64,000 nt of DNA from Prasinococcaceae sp. CCMP 1430. Lineage: Eukaryota; Plantae; Prasinodermophyta. The notes beneath the pieces are model-generated. The model ran no database searches, was not told where the DNA came from, and saw only the letters and a program-made list of their open reading frames with translations. Position 1 is the stretch's first letter. Each line of letters begins with the position of its first letter. The stretch covers positions 35,621 through 99,620 of the forward strand of contig RQSC01000056.1 of NCBI GenBank assembly GCA_013416795.1. The letters run 5' to 3'. Below are positions 46,201 through 54,803 of the stretch, one piece after another. A program made the position numbers and the translations under genes.

Positions 46201-46936
46201 GGCGGAAGAGAACGAGCAGCGCGAGGAAGAGGAGAGGGCAGACAGGCTAGAGGAAAGAGCGGATGTGGAGGCGGCGGCGGCGGATGCCCAGGCGGTGGCA
46301 GAAGAGAACAGCCTGAGACAGAATGAGCGGCAGGCGTTGCGAGGGCTCCACGTTTGGCCCGACCCGACTCATCATCACCTGGCTTTTGGAAGGGAAAACA
46401 TTTGGCCCGACCCGAATCCGAATCTTTATCACCGCACCCTCTCTGTGATACGGCGTTCTAGGATCTGGAATGGCCAGTGGACTCGGGCTTTTAGTAATAG
46501 GATGAGCAACCTGGAAGGGAGGTGCGAAGCTGTGCAAAAGAAACACACACGTCTGCGAGAGCGGTATGAAGCTCTGCAAGGGCAGCGCGACGCTCTGCAA
46601 GACTTTAGACGCCTGCAAAGGAAACTTTACCAGCCGCTCGCAGACAATGCATTTTCACCCGACTGGCAGCACCCATGCTCGCCGCTCTCGCCGCTGCGCG
46701 TGTGGGCCCTTGTCTGGGCGGCCATCGAAGACATTGCGCAGATCGCCATCCAGCTCACGTTTCTGCTCAACGACGCAGATAACTGCTACCCGACGTACAA
46801 CGAGGCCACCGGAACGACGGTGTCGATTGTATTCGGCGGGCTACGCCTGCTGCTAGGCACAGCATCAATGATAGCGACACTACGCGTCATGGCGCGGCGG
46901 CGGCGGCGCGCAAAAGAAAGTGAACGAGAAGACTAA
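43208..46936 (+). CDS. LRR-ectodomain multi-pass membrane protein with an XK-related-like TM domain
   Basis: Signal-like N-terminus; more than 12 LxxLxLxxNxLxxLpxxxFxgL repeats with Cys caps; about 6 hydrophobic segments including GDVVTDVLF and AIEDIAQIAIQL; acidic coiled-coil loop. Confidence 0.85.
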   Translation: MRPGGDVLLIILWPLRAWLASLSMAAPSTAASTSPQRMWLATCGSCKFFDEGGTLVRETPPSDCQSHSCCGQCVSLNLGECATCGNLRALSQNVFEGMSELESLDLEDNNLMSLPKDIFADLTSLQDLDVSNNQLRSLANEPFADLTSLLRLDVSNNLLGSLANEPLANKPFADLDKLEKLDMGQNQLSSLPIGTFDGLRNLQTLAMDDNNLISSSLSTGVFADLVNLTVLGMSRNQLRAPLSDGTFTGLATLEELYMKQNQLGSLPNGTFAGLTGLLVLSLRDNQLSSLSSRAFMHLTKLQKLFISNNPLDAASLSDGPFTDPEYLKDLENLYMRDCKLSKLPDRAFAGLGKLRVLGIRDNPLRELSSESFVNLASLEVLDMRDNDLNGSQPMGLLKPLSSLTTLSLGNTSSSSTGVDARSVCFHELPPLAVAEYIRGLPVTAWNSRQCTPTDCSPLRCGTCAFVVDSGTLRASDESGNVRVARDESATTTDSSISCGDCVGLNLSFSGVRSFESGVFEGLDQLRYLILADSDDATIQEPVSGGAKSDTGTNHGLRINMVSMLEATNKNFTPNLARLDVRSFGSCIFYLNYTGGRVKEGITELRRWSPFGFRDCGVIDDTGEKISPRSGLLDLANAELDSISSDVFTELRELKTLNLRNNNISASPLVHLESARDLASIETIDLRDNDLRSLELTSSIDCSYLSSVSGEDGVKQPVLQFRPGNDKIKRIAHPRFCPSTDKNCTPTCECPKDAGFGKVFVMVKIEGTYVCVEDFWPDFWYKFLLPLVGTIIVVLFALMLQMWLLSAFHKHHRHVHTSRGEAAELREVTLTSRYLQFGVAESMALLTSVMLSVGDVVTDVLFITDFVNDTCRELQKPSIVFLAVPGGMMLAAGIATVIAGMDHIDWENRPCQRWRPSRLLDGTERAKDVSYPTRLRLRVARQPATDEEGFAQRQVVSNASSLFTLAVCVADFNAIKLLPWTVSRVPPSCCKDVSLQQEEAEENEQREEEERADRLEERADVEAAAADAQAVAEENSLRQNERQALRGLHVWPDPTHHHLAFGRENIWPDPNPNLYHRTLSVIRRSRIWNGQWTRAFSNRMSNLEGRCEAVQKKHTRLRERYEALQGQRDALQDFRRLQRKLYQPLADNAFSPDWQHPCSPLSPLRVWALVWAAIEDIAQIAIQLTFLLNDADNCYPTYNEATGTTVSIVFGGLRLLLGTASMIATLRVMARRRRRAKESERED

Positions 46937-47062
46937 GAAGTTAAGCGCGCGGCTTTGACCTACCGCCGGCGACGCAGGGCGGACGTGCGTTGCACAGAGC
47001 GTGACAGGGCGCGTGCGCGCTTGCGACGCGCAGCCCTCGCAGCCCTCGCTCGCATACCAACC

Positions 47063-48136
47063 TCATCGCGGCGGCGCCTCCCCGCGGCTCCTCTGAGCGT
47101 CGATGATGATCTGCGCGAGCAGCTCGTCAGGCAGCGCCAGCGCGGCCGGGGTCGCGCCGTCGTCGTTGGCACGACCAGGCTCGGCCCCCCACTCGAGCAG
47201 CAGAGACACCACGCTCTGCTCCTTGGCCTCGGCGGCCGCTGCCAGCACCGTGTGACCCGTCGCGTCCGTTCTCTCCGGATCCGCGCCGGCGTCGAGGAGC
47301 ATGCGCACGCACGCGGCGCGCCCTGCCATCGCCGCGCGGTGCATCGCGGTGAGGCCATTGCGGTCCGCGACGTTGAGTTTGATCGGCTGCCCCGAGGGCG
47401 TGCCGTCGGCGGCGCTGCCGCCCCTCGCCTCGAGGAGCGCCCCCAGGGCCTCCTCGCGCCCCTTGCTCGCGGCGAGCGACAGCGCGGTGGCGCCCGCGTT
47501 GGTCTTGGCGTTGAATACCTTGGAGGCGGCGGCTGCAGAGGGCGCGCGCGAAGGTGCGCGCACGTCAGCTGCGTGTGCGTTCAGTCGCCCTCGATCAGCC
47601 GGCAAGAGCACAAAAGCACACGCACCTCCCGCGTCCTGGCTCTCGGACTCGAGCAGCTCCCGGGCGTGCGCGCTCACAACAACCGCCATCGCACGCACTG
47701 CCGCGGCGAGCCCCTTCGCTGCGGCAGTGTGCATGGGCCCCCAGCCGGCTGCGTCCTTGCAGGCGATCAGTCTGACGGCGACGCCAGCCCGCTCCTCGCA
47801 GAGCCGCGCGGCAGCGGCGGCGTGGCCCTCGGCGACCGCGCGGTGCAGCGCGGAACGCTCGTCGGCATCGCGCGCGGTGAGGATAATGTCGTTGTCGAAT
47901 GCCGCGAGGGCGTCCAGGTCTCCCTTGGACGCGGCCTCAATGGCGAGCTTGCGCAGCTCGACCTGCGCGAACGGGAATGCGGCGCCAGCACGAGCGCGCA
48001 TCAGCACACAGCCAGCAATGTCAGCCTTGGCGCGCCAGCAGCGCCGCGTCGCACTAGGCCAGTGCCCGCACGGCGCGCCACGCGCTCGCACCTGCGCGTC
48101 CTTCGCTCCGCTCGACTGCCCCCCTGCTGCCGCCAT
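47063..48136 (-). CDS. Ankyrin-repeat protein
   Basis: RSALHRAVAEGH, GWGPMHTAAAKG, GATALSLAASKG, GLTAMHRAAMAG, LLDAGADP; introns at about 47963-48091 and 47533-47625. Confidence 0.88.
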   Translation of the reverse strand: MAAAGGQSSGAKDAQVRARGAPCGHWPSATRRCWRAKADIAGCVLMRARAGAAFPFAQVELRKLAIEAASKGDLDALAAFDNDIILTARDADERSALHRAVAEGHAAAAARLCEERAGVAVRLIACKDAAGWGPMHTAAAKGLAAAVRAMAVVVSAHARELLESESQDAGGACAFVLLPADRGRLNAHAADVRAPSRAPSAAAASKVFNAKTNAGATALSLAASKGREEALGALLEARGGSAADGTPSGQPIKLNVADRNGLTAMHRAAMAGRAACVRMLLDAGADPERTDATGHTVLAAAAEAKEQSVVSLLLEWGAEPGRANDDGATPAALALPDELLAQIIIDAQRSRGEAPPR

Positions 48137-48384
48137 AGCGCGTGCACCACTGCGCCCCTGTTGCGCGGTCTGGCGCCAGTATGGCACATTTCCATTTCCT
48201 GTGCCCGGCGCCACCACACAGCGCGCTCGCAGCGCGAGCGGCACGGGGTGCCGGCAGGAGAGGTGAGGCAGGGCGGCAGGCGGGCCGTCCGAGCGGCTCA
48301 TCGCACACACTCGTCGGTAAGCGAGCGCTAGCAACCTCTCCGCCCGCCGGAGCCCGCACCCGCCTCGTCAACAGCCCGGCAGCG

Positions 48385-49671
48385 ATGGCGAGCTCAATGT
48401 GCACGCCCGCAACCGCGGCCACGACAGCAGCTCATCGTACCCCAGGCCGTGCCCCCCCCCGCCGGATCGCACCGGCGGCAACGAGCCAAAGCGCCCTGGC
48501 ATCGCGCGTCGCAGGCCTGAAGAACGAGGGCGCGTACGCGGTGCTCGCCGCCGCGCAGGCGCTCGAGGCGCAGGGCCGCGACGTGGTGCACCTGGAGATC
48601 GGCCAGCCGGCGTATCCGACGCCGGACCACGTCGTCGAGGCGGGCGTCGCCGCGCTGCGCGGCGGCCAGACCAAATACAGCGCGCCCGCGGGCGTGGCCG
48701 CGCTGCGCGACGCCATCGCGGCGCACGTGAACGCCACGCGCGGCCTGGACGGCGCGCAGGCCATAAGCGGCGCCAACGTGGTGGTGGGCCCGGGGGCGAA
48801 GCCGGGCATCTTCGCCGCCGCGCTCGCGCTCGTCGAGCCCGGCGACGAGGTGGTCTACCCCGACCCAGGCTTCCCCAGCTACGGCGCGGCGGTCGACGTG
48901 TGCGCCGGCGTGCACGTGCCCGTCGCGCTCACCGCCGACGGGGCAGGCTTTGACATGGACGCGCTGGAGGCGGCCATGTCGGAGCGCACCAAGCTCATCA
49001 TCGCCAACTCCCCGGGCAACCCCACCGGCGGCGTGATGCCCGCGGCGGACGTGCGGCGCATGTGCGAGCTCGCCAAAAAGTACGACGCGTGGGTGATCAG
49101 CGACGAGATATACTCGCGGCTGGTGTACGACAGCGCGGAGGGCGCGTGCCTGTCGCCGCTGGCGGTTGAGGGCATGGCGGAGCGCACGGTGATGGTGGAC
49201 GGCTTCTCCAAGACGTACTGCATGACCGGGTGGCGGCTGGGCTGGGCCGTCGCGCCGGCCGCCCTCGCGGAGCGCATGGAGCTGCTCAACGTGCACAACT
49301 ACGGCTGCACGGCGACCTTCACGCAGGCGGCGGGGCTCGCGGCGCTCGAGGGGCCGCAGGACAGCCTGGAGGAGATGCGCGCCGAGTACGAGCGGCGGCG
49401 CGACTTCGTGGTGGGCGCGCTCAACGCCATGGAGGGCGTCCACTGCCCCGAGCCGGCGGGGGCTTTCTACGCCTTCCCGGACACGTCGGCCCTGGGCATG
49501 AAGAGCGCGGACCTCGCGTCGCTGCTGCTGCAGGAGGGCGGCGTGGCCCTGCTCCCCGGCACCGACTTCGGCGCGCAGGGGGAGGGCAAGCTGCGCCTGT
49601 CCTACGTGAGCTCGATGGCCGAGCTCGAGGAGGGCCTCACGCGCATGGAAAAGGTGCTGCGCGGTCTCTGA
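48385..49671 (+). CDS. PLP-dependent class I/II aminotransferase (AspAT Ib-like) with organellar presequence
   Basis: LEIGQP, NSPGNPTGGV, SDEIY, DGFSKTYCMTGWRLGW, PAGAFYAFP, LRLSY. Confidence 0.93.
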   Translation: MASSMCTPATAATTAAHRTPGRAPPRRIAPAATSQSALASRVAGLKNEGAYAVLAAAQALEAQGRDVVHLEIGQPAYPTPDHVVEAGVAALRGGQTKYSAPAGVAALRDAIAAHVNATRGLDGAQAISGANVVVGPGAKPGIFAAALALVEPGDEVVYPDPGFPSYGAAVDVCAGVHVPVALTADGAGFDMDALEAAMSERTKLIIANSPGNPTGGVMPAADVRRMCELAKKYDAWVISDEIYSRLVYDSAEGACLSPLAVEGMAERTVMVDGFSKTYCMTGWRLGWAVAPAALAERMELLNVHNYGCTATFTQAAGLAALEGPQDSLEEMRAEYERRRDFVVGALNAMEGVHCPEPAGAFYAFPDTSALGMKSADLASLLLQEGGVALLPGTDFGAQGEGKLRLSYVSSMAELEEGLTRMEKVLRGL

Positions 49672-49826
49672 GACACTCGCCGTCGGACGCTCGCGTCGCG
49701 CTCGCCGGAGAGTCTATGTATACATGACCATTCCATTCTCATTTCGGTGTAACAAGCAGCGCGAGAGCAAGAGAGAGACGCGAACAAGGCCCTCCTCTCG
49801 CGAGCAAGCGCTCGGCGCCTCCCGCC

Positions 49827-52328
49827 TCAGCCCACGAAGCGCATCAGCGCGCCCTCCAGCACCTCCTTGCACGCGCCGGCCAGCGACGCGTCCTCGGTCT
49901 TGATGGTACCCGAGGCCGCGTTGCCGGTGCAGTCCACGTTGAGCTCGATGAGCGCGAGGGACACCTGCCCGCCCACGCCCGCGCCGCCCTGGCAGTGCGC
50001 GTAGAGGAAGTACTTGTACGCGGGGTGCGCCCCACCCGACGCGATGCAGTTCACGCCGGCAGACGCCAGGTGCGTGATGAGCGGGCGCGGGCCGCCCGCC
50101 AGCGACGCGCCCCCACCCGCGCCCAGCGGCGCGCCGGCGACCGTCGCCGCCGGCTCCATCGCGCCCCACGCGGCCTGGAACGCCGCGGGCGCCAGCGCGG
50201 CGCCCTGCACGAACGTCACGGCCGGGCGCGGCGGCGAGGGCGCGGGCGCACCCGCGCCCATGCCGCCCATCCCGAGCAGATCCTCGAGCGGATCCGAAAG
50301 CGGCGGCGCGGGCGCCTGCCCACCAGGTGCCGCGGGCTGGTCGAAGCCGCCGAGCAGGTCGATGGGATCGTACGCCGTGCCCCCCCCCGCGCCCGCCCCT
50401 GAAGGCGTGCCGCCCGCGTCGTCCCCGTAGTCCGCGTCCAGGTCGAGCAGGTTGTTGTCAGCGAAGGCGGACTGCTCCGCCGCGCCGCCGCCCATCGCGC
50501 CTTCGTCAGGGCCAGCCTCGCCGCCCGCGCCAAACTGGTCCGCCGGATCGGAGGTGACGAACGCCGCCGCGGGCTTGTTGTAGATCACCGAAAGGCTGTT
50601 GAACTCCTCGAAGATGGCATCCCTGGCGGCTTGGCTCTGGCCCGAGGCGAACTCCACCACGGCGTCCTTCGGCGCGGCGATGACGCCGGACGCGTCGGTC
50701 GCCGAGTGCTGCAGGAGCCGATAGTACATGAGGGCGCGGTCGTGCACGTCCATGTGCTCGTCCTCGCACCCGGCCGCCAGCACGCGCCCCAGCATGGCCT
50801 GGCACTCGGGCGGGCGCTTGAGGAACAGCTTGGTCGCCGCGGCGAGGAGCTCCAGGCGCACCTCGGGCGAGGCCTCGTCCGCGAAATCGTCGAGCATGGG
50901 CTCGAGCGAGTACGGCGCCGAGGGTATCACGTGGCCGAACTCGCCCAGCATCCACACGAGCGCGGCGCGAGCGGCGGGCTCGGTGACTGAGTTCGGGGAA
51001 ATGGCCGCCGCCGCTTCGAGGATGTCGAACGCGCGCTCGGGGAACCGGCGCAGCAGGTCCTTGGCCACGATGAGCGTCTCGGACACGAGGTGCGGCGAGT
51101 CCGCGTCGAGAAAGCCCAGCAGGCGCTCCGAGATGCCGCCCATGTCCTCGGTGCGGAGCGCGATGGAGCCGATCGCGTGCAGCGACGCGCGCGCAATGGG
51201 CACGTCGATGTCCGCCGCGTACTCGCTGAGCTCCGTGACGATCTCGTACACGTTGTTTTGGTCCGCCACCTCGGCCAGCATCGAGAGCTTCACGCGCTTC
51301 ACGTAGGCCGGGTCGCTGTACCGGCAGTAGAACTGCTTGTAGTCGAGCGAGAACAGCGAGGGCGCGCGCGACACCAGCAGCTTGAGGTGCGACAGCACCG
51401 CAAAGGCCACCTCGGGGCTCGCGGTGGACGCCAGCGTCAGCAGCGGCGCCTTGACGCGCTCGTACACCTGCTGGTGCACCTGCTCGATCTCCATGGTGAT
51501 GTGCAGGAAGAGCTTGGTGGTGGCGAGCACGATGGCGCTGTTGGTGTGCGACATGCGGTCCTCGAGCAGGTTCATGAAGGCGAACACCTCGTCGGCGTTC
51601 TCCGGCTTGTACGCGCACACGAAGTCGATGACCATGCACTGCGCGTACTCGGAGAACTCCTTGATCCTGTTGAGGAGCGAGTACACCAGCGCCTTGGTGG
51701 CCAGCCCCTCGACGCCGCCCTCGATTTCCACCAACGTCGACAGGCAGTTGGCGACCACGCCCGCGTCGCGATCGCCCGTCACCATGGCGCGCAGGGTGTC
51801 GACGAAGCCCGCGTCGACGCACGCGCTGGGGTCCAGCGCGTAGAGCTTGAGCACGCCCATGGCCGCCGTCTTGCGCACGTAGGCGCTCTCGTCCTCGAGC
51901 CCCGTGCGCAGCGGCCCCACCAGGTACTCGACGAGGTTGGGCACGCGCAGCGAGCCCAGCGAGCGCAGGGCCAGCCCGCGGATGGTCGGGTCGGGCTCTG
52001 CGCAGTCCTTCTGCAGCGCGTTCACGGTGAGCAGCGCCAGGTCGGGCTTGCGCATCGCGTACGTCGAGATGTACAGGTACAGCATCTTCTTCAGGACCGG
52101 GTCGTCGGCGCTGCACGCCATGATCATCTCCGTGAAGAGCCCCGACACGTCGATGGAGATCGTCATGTACGAGATCACCTTGCGGAAGGTCTCTTGCTTG
52201 GCCTCGCGCACGCCCGCCTTGGTCGAGCCCGCGAGCGAGCGCAGCCGCGAGCGCAGCTCCTCAAGCTCGCCGCGCCGCTCGCTGCCGCGGCCCGGCGCGG
52301 CCTCGCCCGCGGCGCGCGCGGGAGCCAT
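49827..52328 (-). CDS. AP4B1: AP-4 complex subunit beta (beta-adaptin-like A)
   Basis: KVISYMTISIDVS, LKKMLYLY, DPTIRGLALRSL..LRVPNLVEY, DVHDRALMYYRLL, FEEFNSLSVIYNKP, plus an appendage domain. Confidence 0.92.
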   Translation of the reverse strand: MAPARAAGEAAPGRGSERRGELEELRSRLRSLAGSTKAGVREAKQETFRKVISYMTISIDVSGLFTEMIMACSADDPVLKKMLYLYISTYAMRKPDLALLTVNALQKDCAEPDPTIRGLALRSLGSLRVPNLVEYLVGPLRTGLEDESAYVRKTAAMGVLKLYALDPSACVDAGFVDTLRAMVTGDRDAGVVANCLSTLVEIEGGVEGLATKALVYSLLNRIKEFSEYAQCMVIDFVCAYKPENADEVFAFMNLLEDRMSHTNSAIVLATTKLFLHITMEIEQVHQQVYERVKAPLLTLASTASPEVAFAVLSHLKLLVSRAPSLFSLDYKQFYCRYSDPAYVKRVKLSMLAEVADQNNVYEIVTELSEYAADIDVPIARASLHAIGSIALRTEDMGGISERLLGFLDADSPHLVSETLIVAKDLLRRFPERAFDILEAAAAISPNSVTEPAARAALVWMLGEFGHVIPSAPYSLEPMLDDFADEASPEVRLELLAAATKLFLKRPPECQAMLGRVLAAGCEDEHMDVHDRALMYYRLLQHSATDASGVIAAPKDAVVEFASGQSQAARDAIFEEFNSLSVIYNKPAAAFVTSDPADQFGAGGEAGPDEGAMGGGAAEQSAFADNNLLDLDADYGDDAGGTPSGAGAGGGTAYDPIDLLGGFDQPAAPGGQAPAPPLSDPLEDLLGMGGMGAGAPAPSPPRPAVTFVQGAALAPAAFQAAWGAMEPAATVAGAPLGAGGGASLAGGPRPLITHLASAGVNCIASGGAHPAYKYFLYAHCQGGAGVGGQVSLALIELNVDCTGNAASGTIKTEDASLAGACKEVLEGALMRFVG

Positions 52329-52984
52329 GCTGGGCAGGGGGGGAAGCCGCGCCGCGCCGCACCGAGAAAACCGCGCGCTCCCGCCCCGCGCCGCGCCGCC
52401 CCCCCTTTTCCTCCCACTCGCGCGCGAGAGAGCGAACGACCGAGCGAAAGAGAGGAAAAAAAGGACCAGCGAAGGGCGAACGCGGGGGGCAGCGCCCGAC
52501 GAGGCCTCCGCAGAACGGCACCCCCCTACCCCACCACCTGGCAGCCCCGCGCGCTCACGCGCGCGCTCTGTGGCGTGTGCCACGCTGCAGGCCGCCTTCG
52601 AGCGCCTTCACGTGCGCGCGCGCAAAACGCTCGCGAACCCCCGCCTCTCAAATTAATGCGTTTTGACCTAGATCGCCCGTGGGTTATTTCACCTCAAATT
52701 GAAAGCTAATGGGGGAAGCAGAGGAACGGGGGGGTGTTGAAGCGCGAGAGCGTGCGCCGCAGCAGCGCCACAGCGCGGGCGCCGCAGCGCGTGGGCATAG
52801 AGGCGAGGGGCTCGGCGGGCCAGAGACTGGAGCGCGCAGGGTGGAGGCTCAGCGGCGCTCGCGTGCGTTTCGCTGCTTCTCGCGCGTGCGCTCGCGAGCT
52901 CTCGCCCGCAGCAAGGGGGGGGGGCGTGGCCGTCGCGAAGCGCGCGCGGCGCCTCCGGCTGTTGGCCGCTCGCGGCGACGCGAC

Positions 52985-54628
52985 ATGGACGCGGCGATGG
53001 CGCTGCTGGCGGACGCGCGCGGCCGTGCGAACAGGCGCCTTGCGGGGTACGACGCGGCCACTGCGGCGGTCATCGGCGCAGCGGCGGCACTGGGCGCGCG
53101 CTGGGCGCTTGCCACGCTCGCGGAGGCGGAGAAGTCCGTGCGCGCCAAGGGCTTGAAGATGGCGTCCACCGAGGCCGCCATCGCCCTCGCGATGGCCGTC
53201 CCCGGCGTCGCCGCGTTCAAGGCGCGCGAGCAGGCCAAGGTCCTGGCGAAGATGCACAAGGACAAGCCGCCGCGGGAGGACGCCCTCTTCGAGCTGCCCG
53301 CGGGGCGCAGCGCCGGGGAAGTCGCGAGCGCGCTCGGCGCGATGAAGGACATGGACGCGGCGTGGCAGGCGCGCACCTCGGGCACGGTGTACATGGGCAG
53401 CGAAGGAATGGCGGAGCACGAAGAGCTCGTAGGCAAGGCGGTCACGCAGTTCCTGCACAGCAATCCGCTTCACGGTGACCTCTTCCCCTCCGCGCAGCGC
53501 TGCGAGGCCGAGGTTGTCGCCATGTGCGCGTCGCTGCTTCACGGGGACGTCCGCACCACCGGCGTGGTCGGCAACATGACGTCAGGCGGCACCGAGTCAA
53601 TTTTGATGGCGGTCAAGTCCGCGCGCGACTACGCGCGACAAACTCGCGGCATCACGGATCCGGAACTCGTCATGTGCGAGAACGCGCACCCGGCGTACGA
53701 CAAGGCCGCGTCCTACTTCGGCCTCCGGGTCGTTCGCACGCGCGCGCGACCCGGCGCACTCGATGCCGATCCGGCGGCGATGCGCCGGGGCTGCTCGCGC
53801 AACACCGTGTTGCTCATCGCGAGCGCGCCGTCGTATCCGCACGGCGTCGTGGACGACGTCACGGAAATCGCGGCCACCGCGAAGAGCCTCGGGGCGTGCT
53901 GCCACGTCGACTGCTGCCTCGGAGGCTTCGTGGTGCCCTTCGCCAAGGCGGCCGGCGTGGACCTGCCGCCCTTCGACTTCGCCGTCCCGGGCGTCACCAG
54001 CATCTCCATAGACACGCACAAGTACGGCCTGGCACCCAAGGGCTCGAGCGTCGTGCTCTACCGCAGCAAGGAGCTCCGTCGCTGCATGTTCAGCGCCGCA
54101 ACGGAGTGGACCGGCGGCCTCTACGTGAGCCCGTCGGTGGCCGGGAGCCGCGTGGGAAGCCTCGTGGTGGGCGCGTGGGCCGCGCTCGTGCACGTCGGCG
54201 CCGACGGCTACGCCAGCAACGCCAAGAAGATCCTGGACGCCGCCAAGCAGATGGCCCAGGGCATCGCCAAGATCGACGGCCTCGAGATCGTCGGGCGACC
54301 AGACGCGATGGTGGTCGCGTTCGGCTCGGTTGACCAGAAGGCGCTCGACATCTTCAAGGTCAACGACGCGCTGGCGGACAAGGGCTGGAGCCTCAATCCG
54401 CTGCAAAAGCCGTCGGCGCTGCACTTCTGCCTCACAATGCAGCACGTCGACGGCGCTGTTGATGACTTCCTTCGCGACCTGGCGGAGTGCGTGGCCTACG
54501 TGCGCGCGAACCCCAGCTGGGACGGCTCCGGCATGGCCCCAATCTACGGCATGGCGACCGCCATGCCCGACCGAGGCGCCATCGCGGATTTGTTGACCTA
54601 CTACATGGACTCAAGCACGGACGTCTGA
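52985..54628 (+). CDS. DPL1: Sphingosine-1-phosphate lyase
   Basis: SGTVY, SNPLHGDLFP, MTSGGTESILMA, HVDCCLGGF, SISIDTHKYGLAPKGSSV. Confidence 0.95.
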   Translation: MDAAMALLADARGRANRRLAGYDAATAAVIGAAAALGARWALATLAEAEKSVRAKGLKMASTEAAIALAMAVPGVAAFKAREQAKVLAKMHKDKPPREDALFELPAGRSAGEVASALGAMKDMDAAWQARTSGTVYMGSEGMAEHEELVGKAVTQFLHSNPLHGDLFPSAQRCEAEVVAMCASLLHGDVRTTGVVGNMTSGGTESILMAVKSARDYARQTRGITDPELVMCENAHPAYDKAASYFGLRVVRTRARPGALDADPAAMRRGCSRNTVLLIASAPSYPHGVVDDVTEIAATAKSLGACCHVDCCLGGFVVPFAKAAGVDLPPFDFAVPGVTSISIDTHKYGLAPKGSSVVLYRSKELRRCMFSAATEWTGGLYVSPSVAGSRVGSLVVGAWAALVHVGADGYASNAKKILDAAKQMAQGIAKIDGLEIVGRPDAMVVAFGSVDQKALDIFKVNDALADKGWSLNPLQKPSALHFCLTMQHVDGAVDDFLRDLAECVAYVRANPSWDGSGMAPIYGMATAMPDRGAIADLLTYYMDSSTDV

Positions 54629-54803
54629 GGCGATACTACAGTGTACAGTACGCGTCGCGCGTCGCCTGCGGCATGCACACCGTTGTCACGCATGTACACT
54701 TTTGTTTTGCACGCATCGTCGCGCGACGCCGCGCGCTCAAGCTGGGTCTCGCGCAGTGGTACAAAAGATAAAAGGTGTATGTATACAAGCGATGCCCGCG
54801 CAG

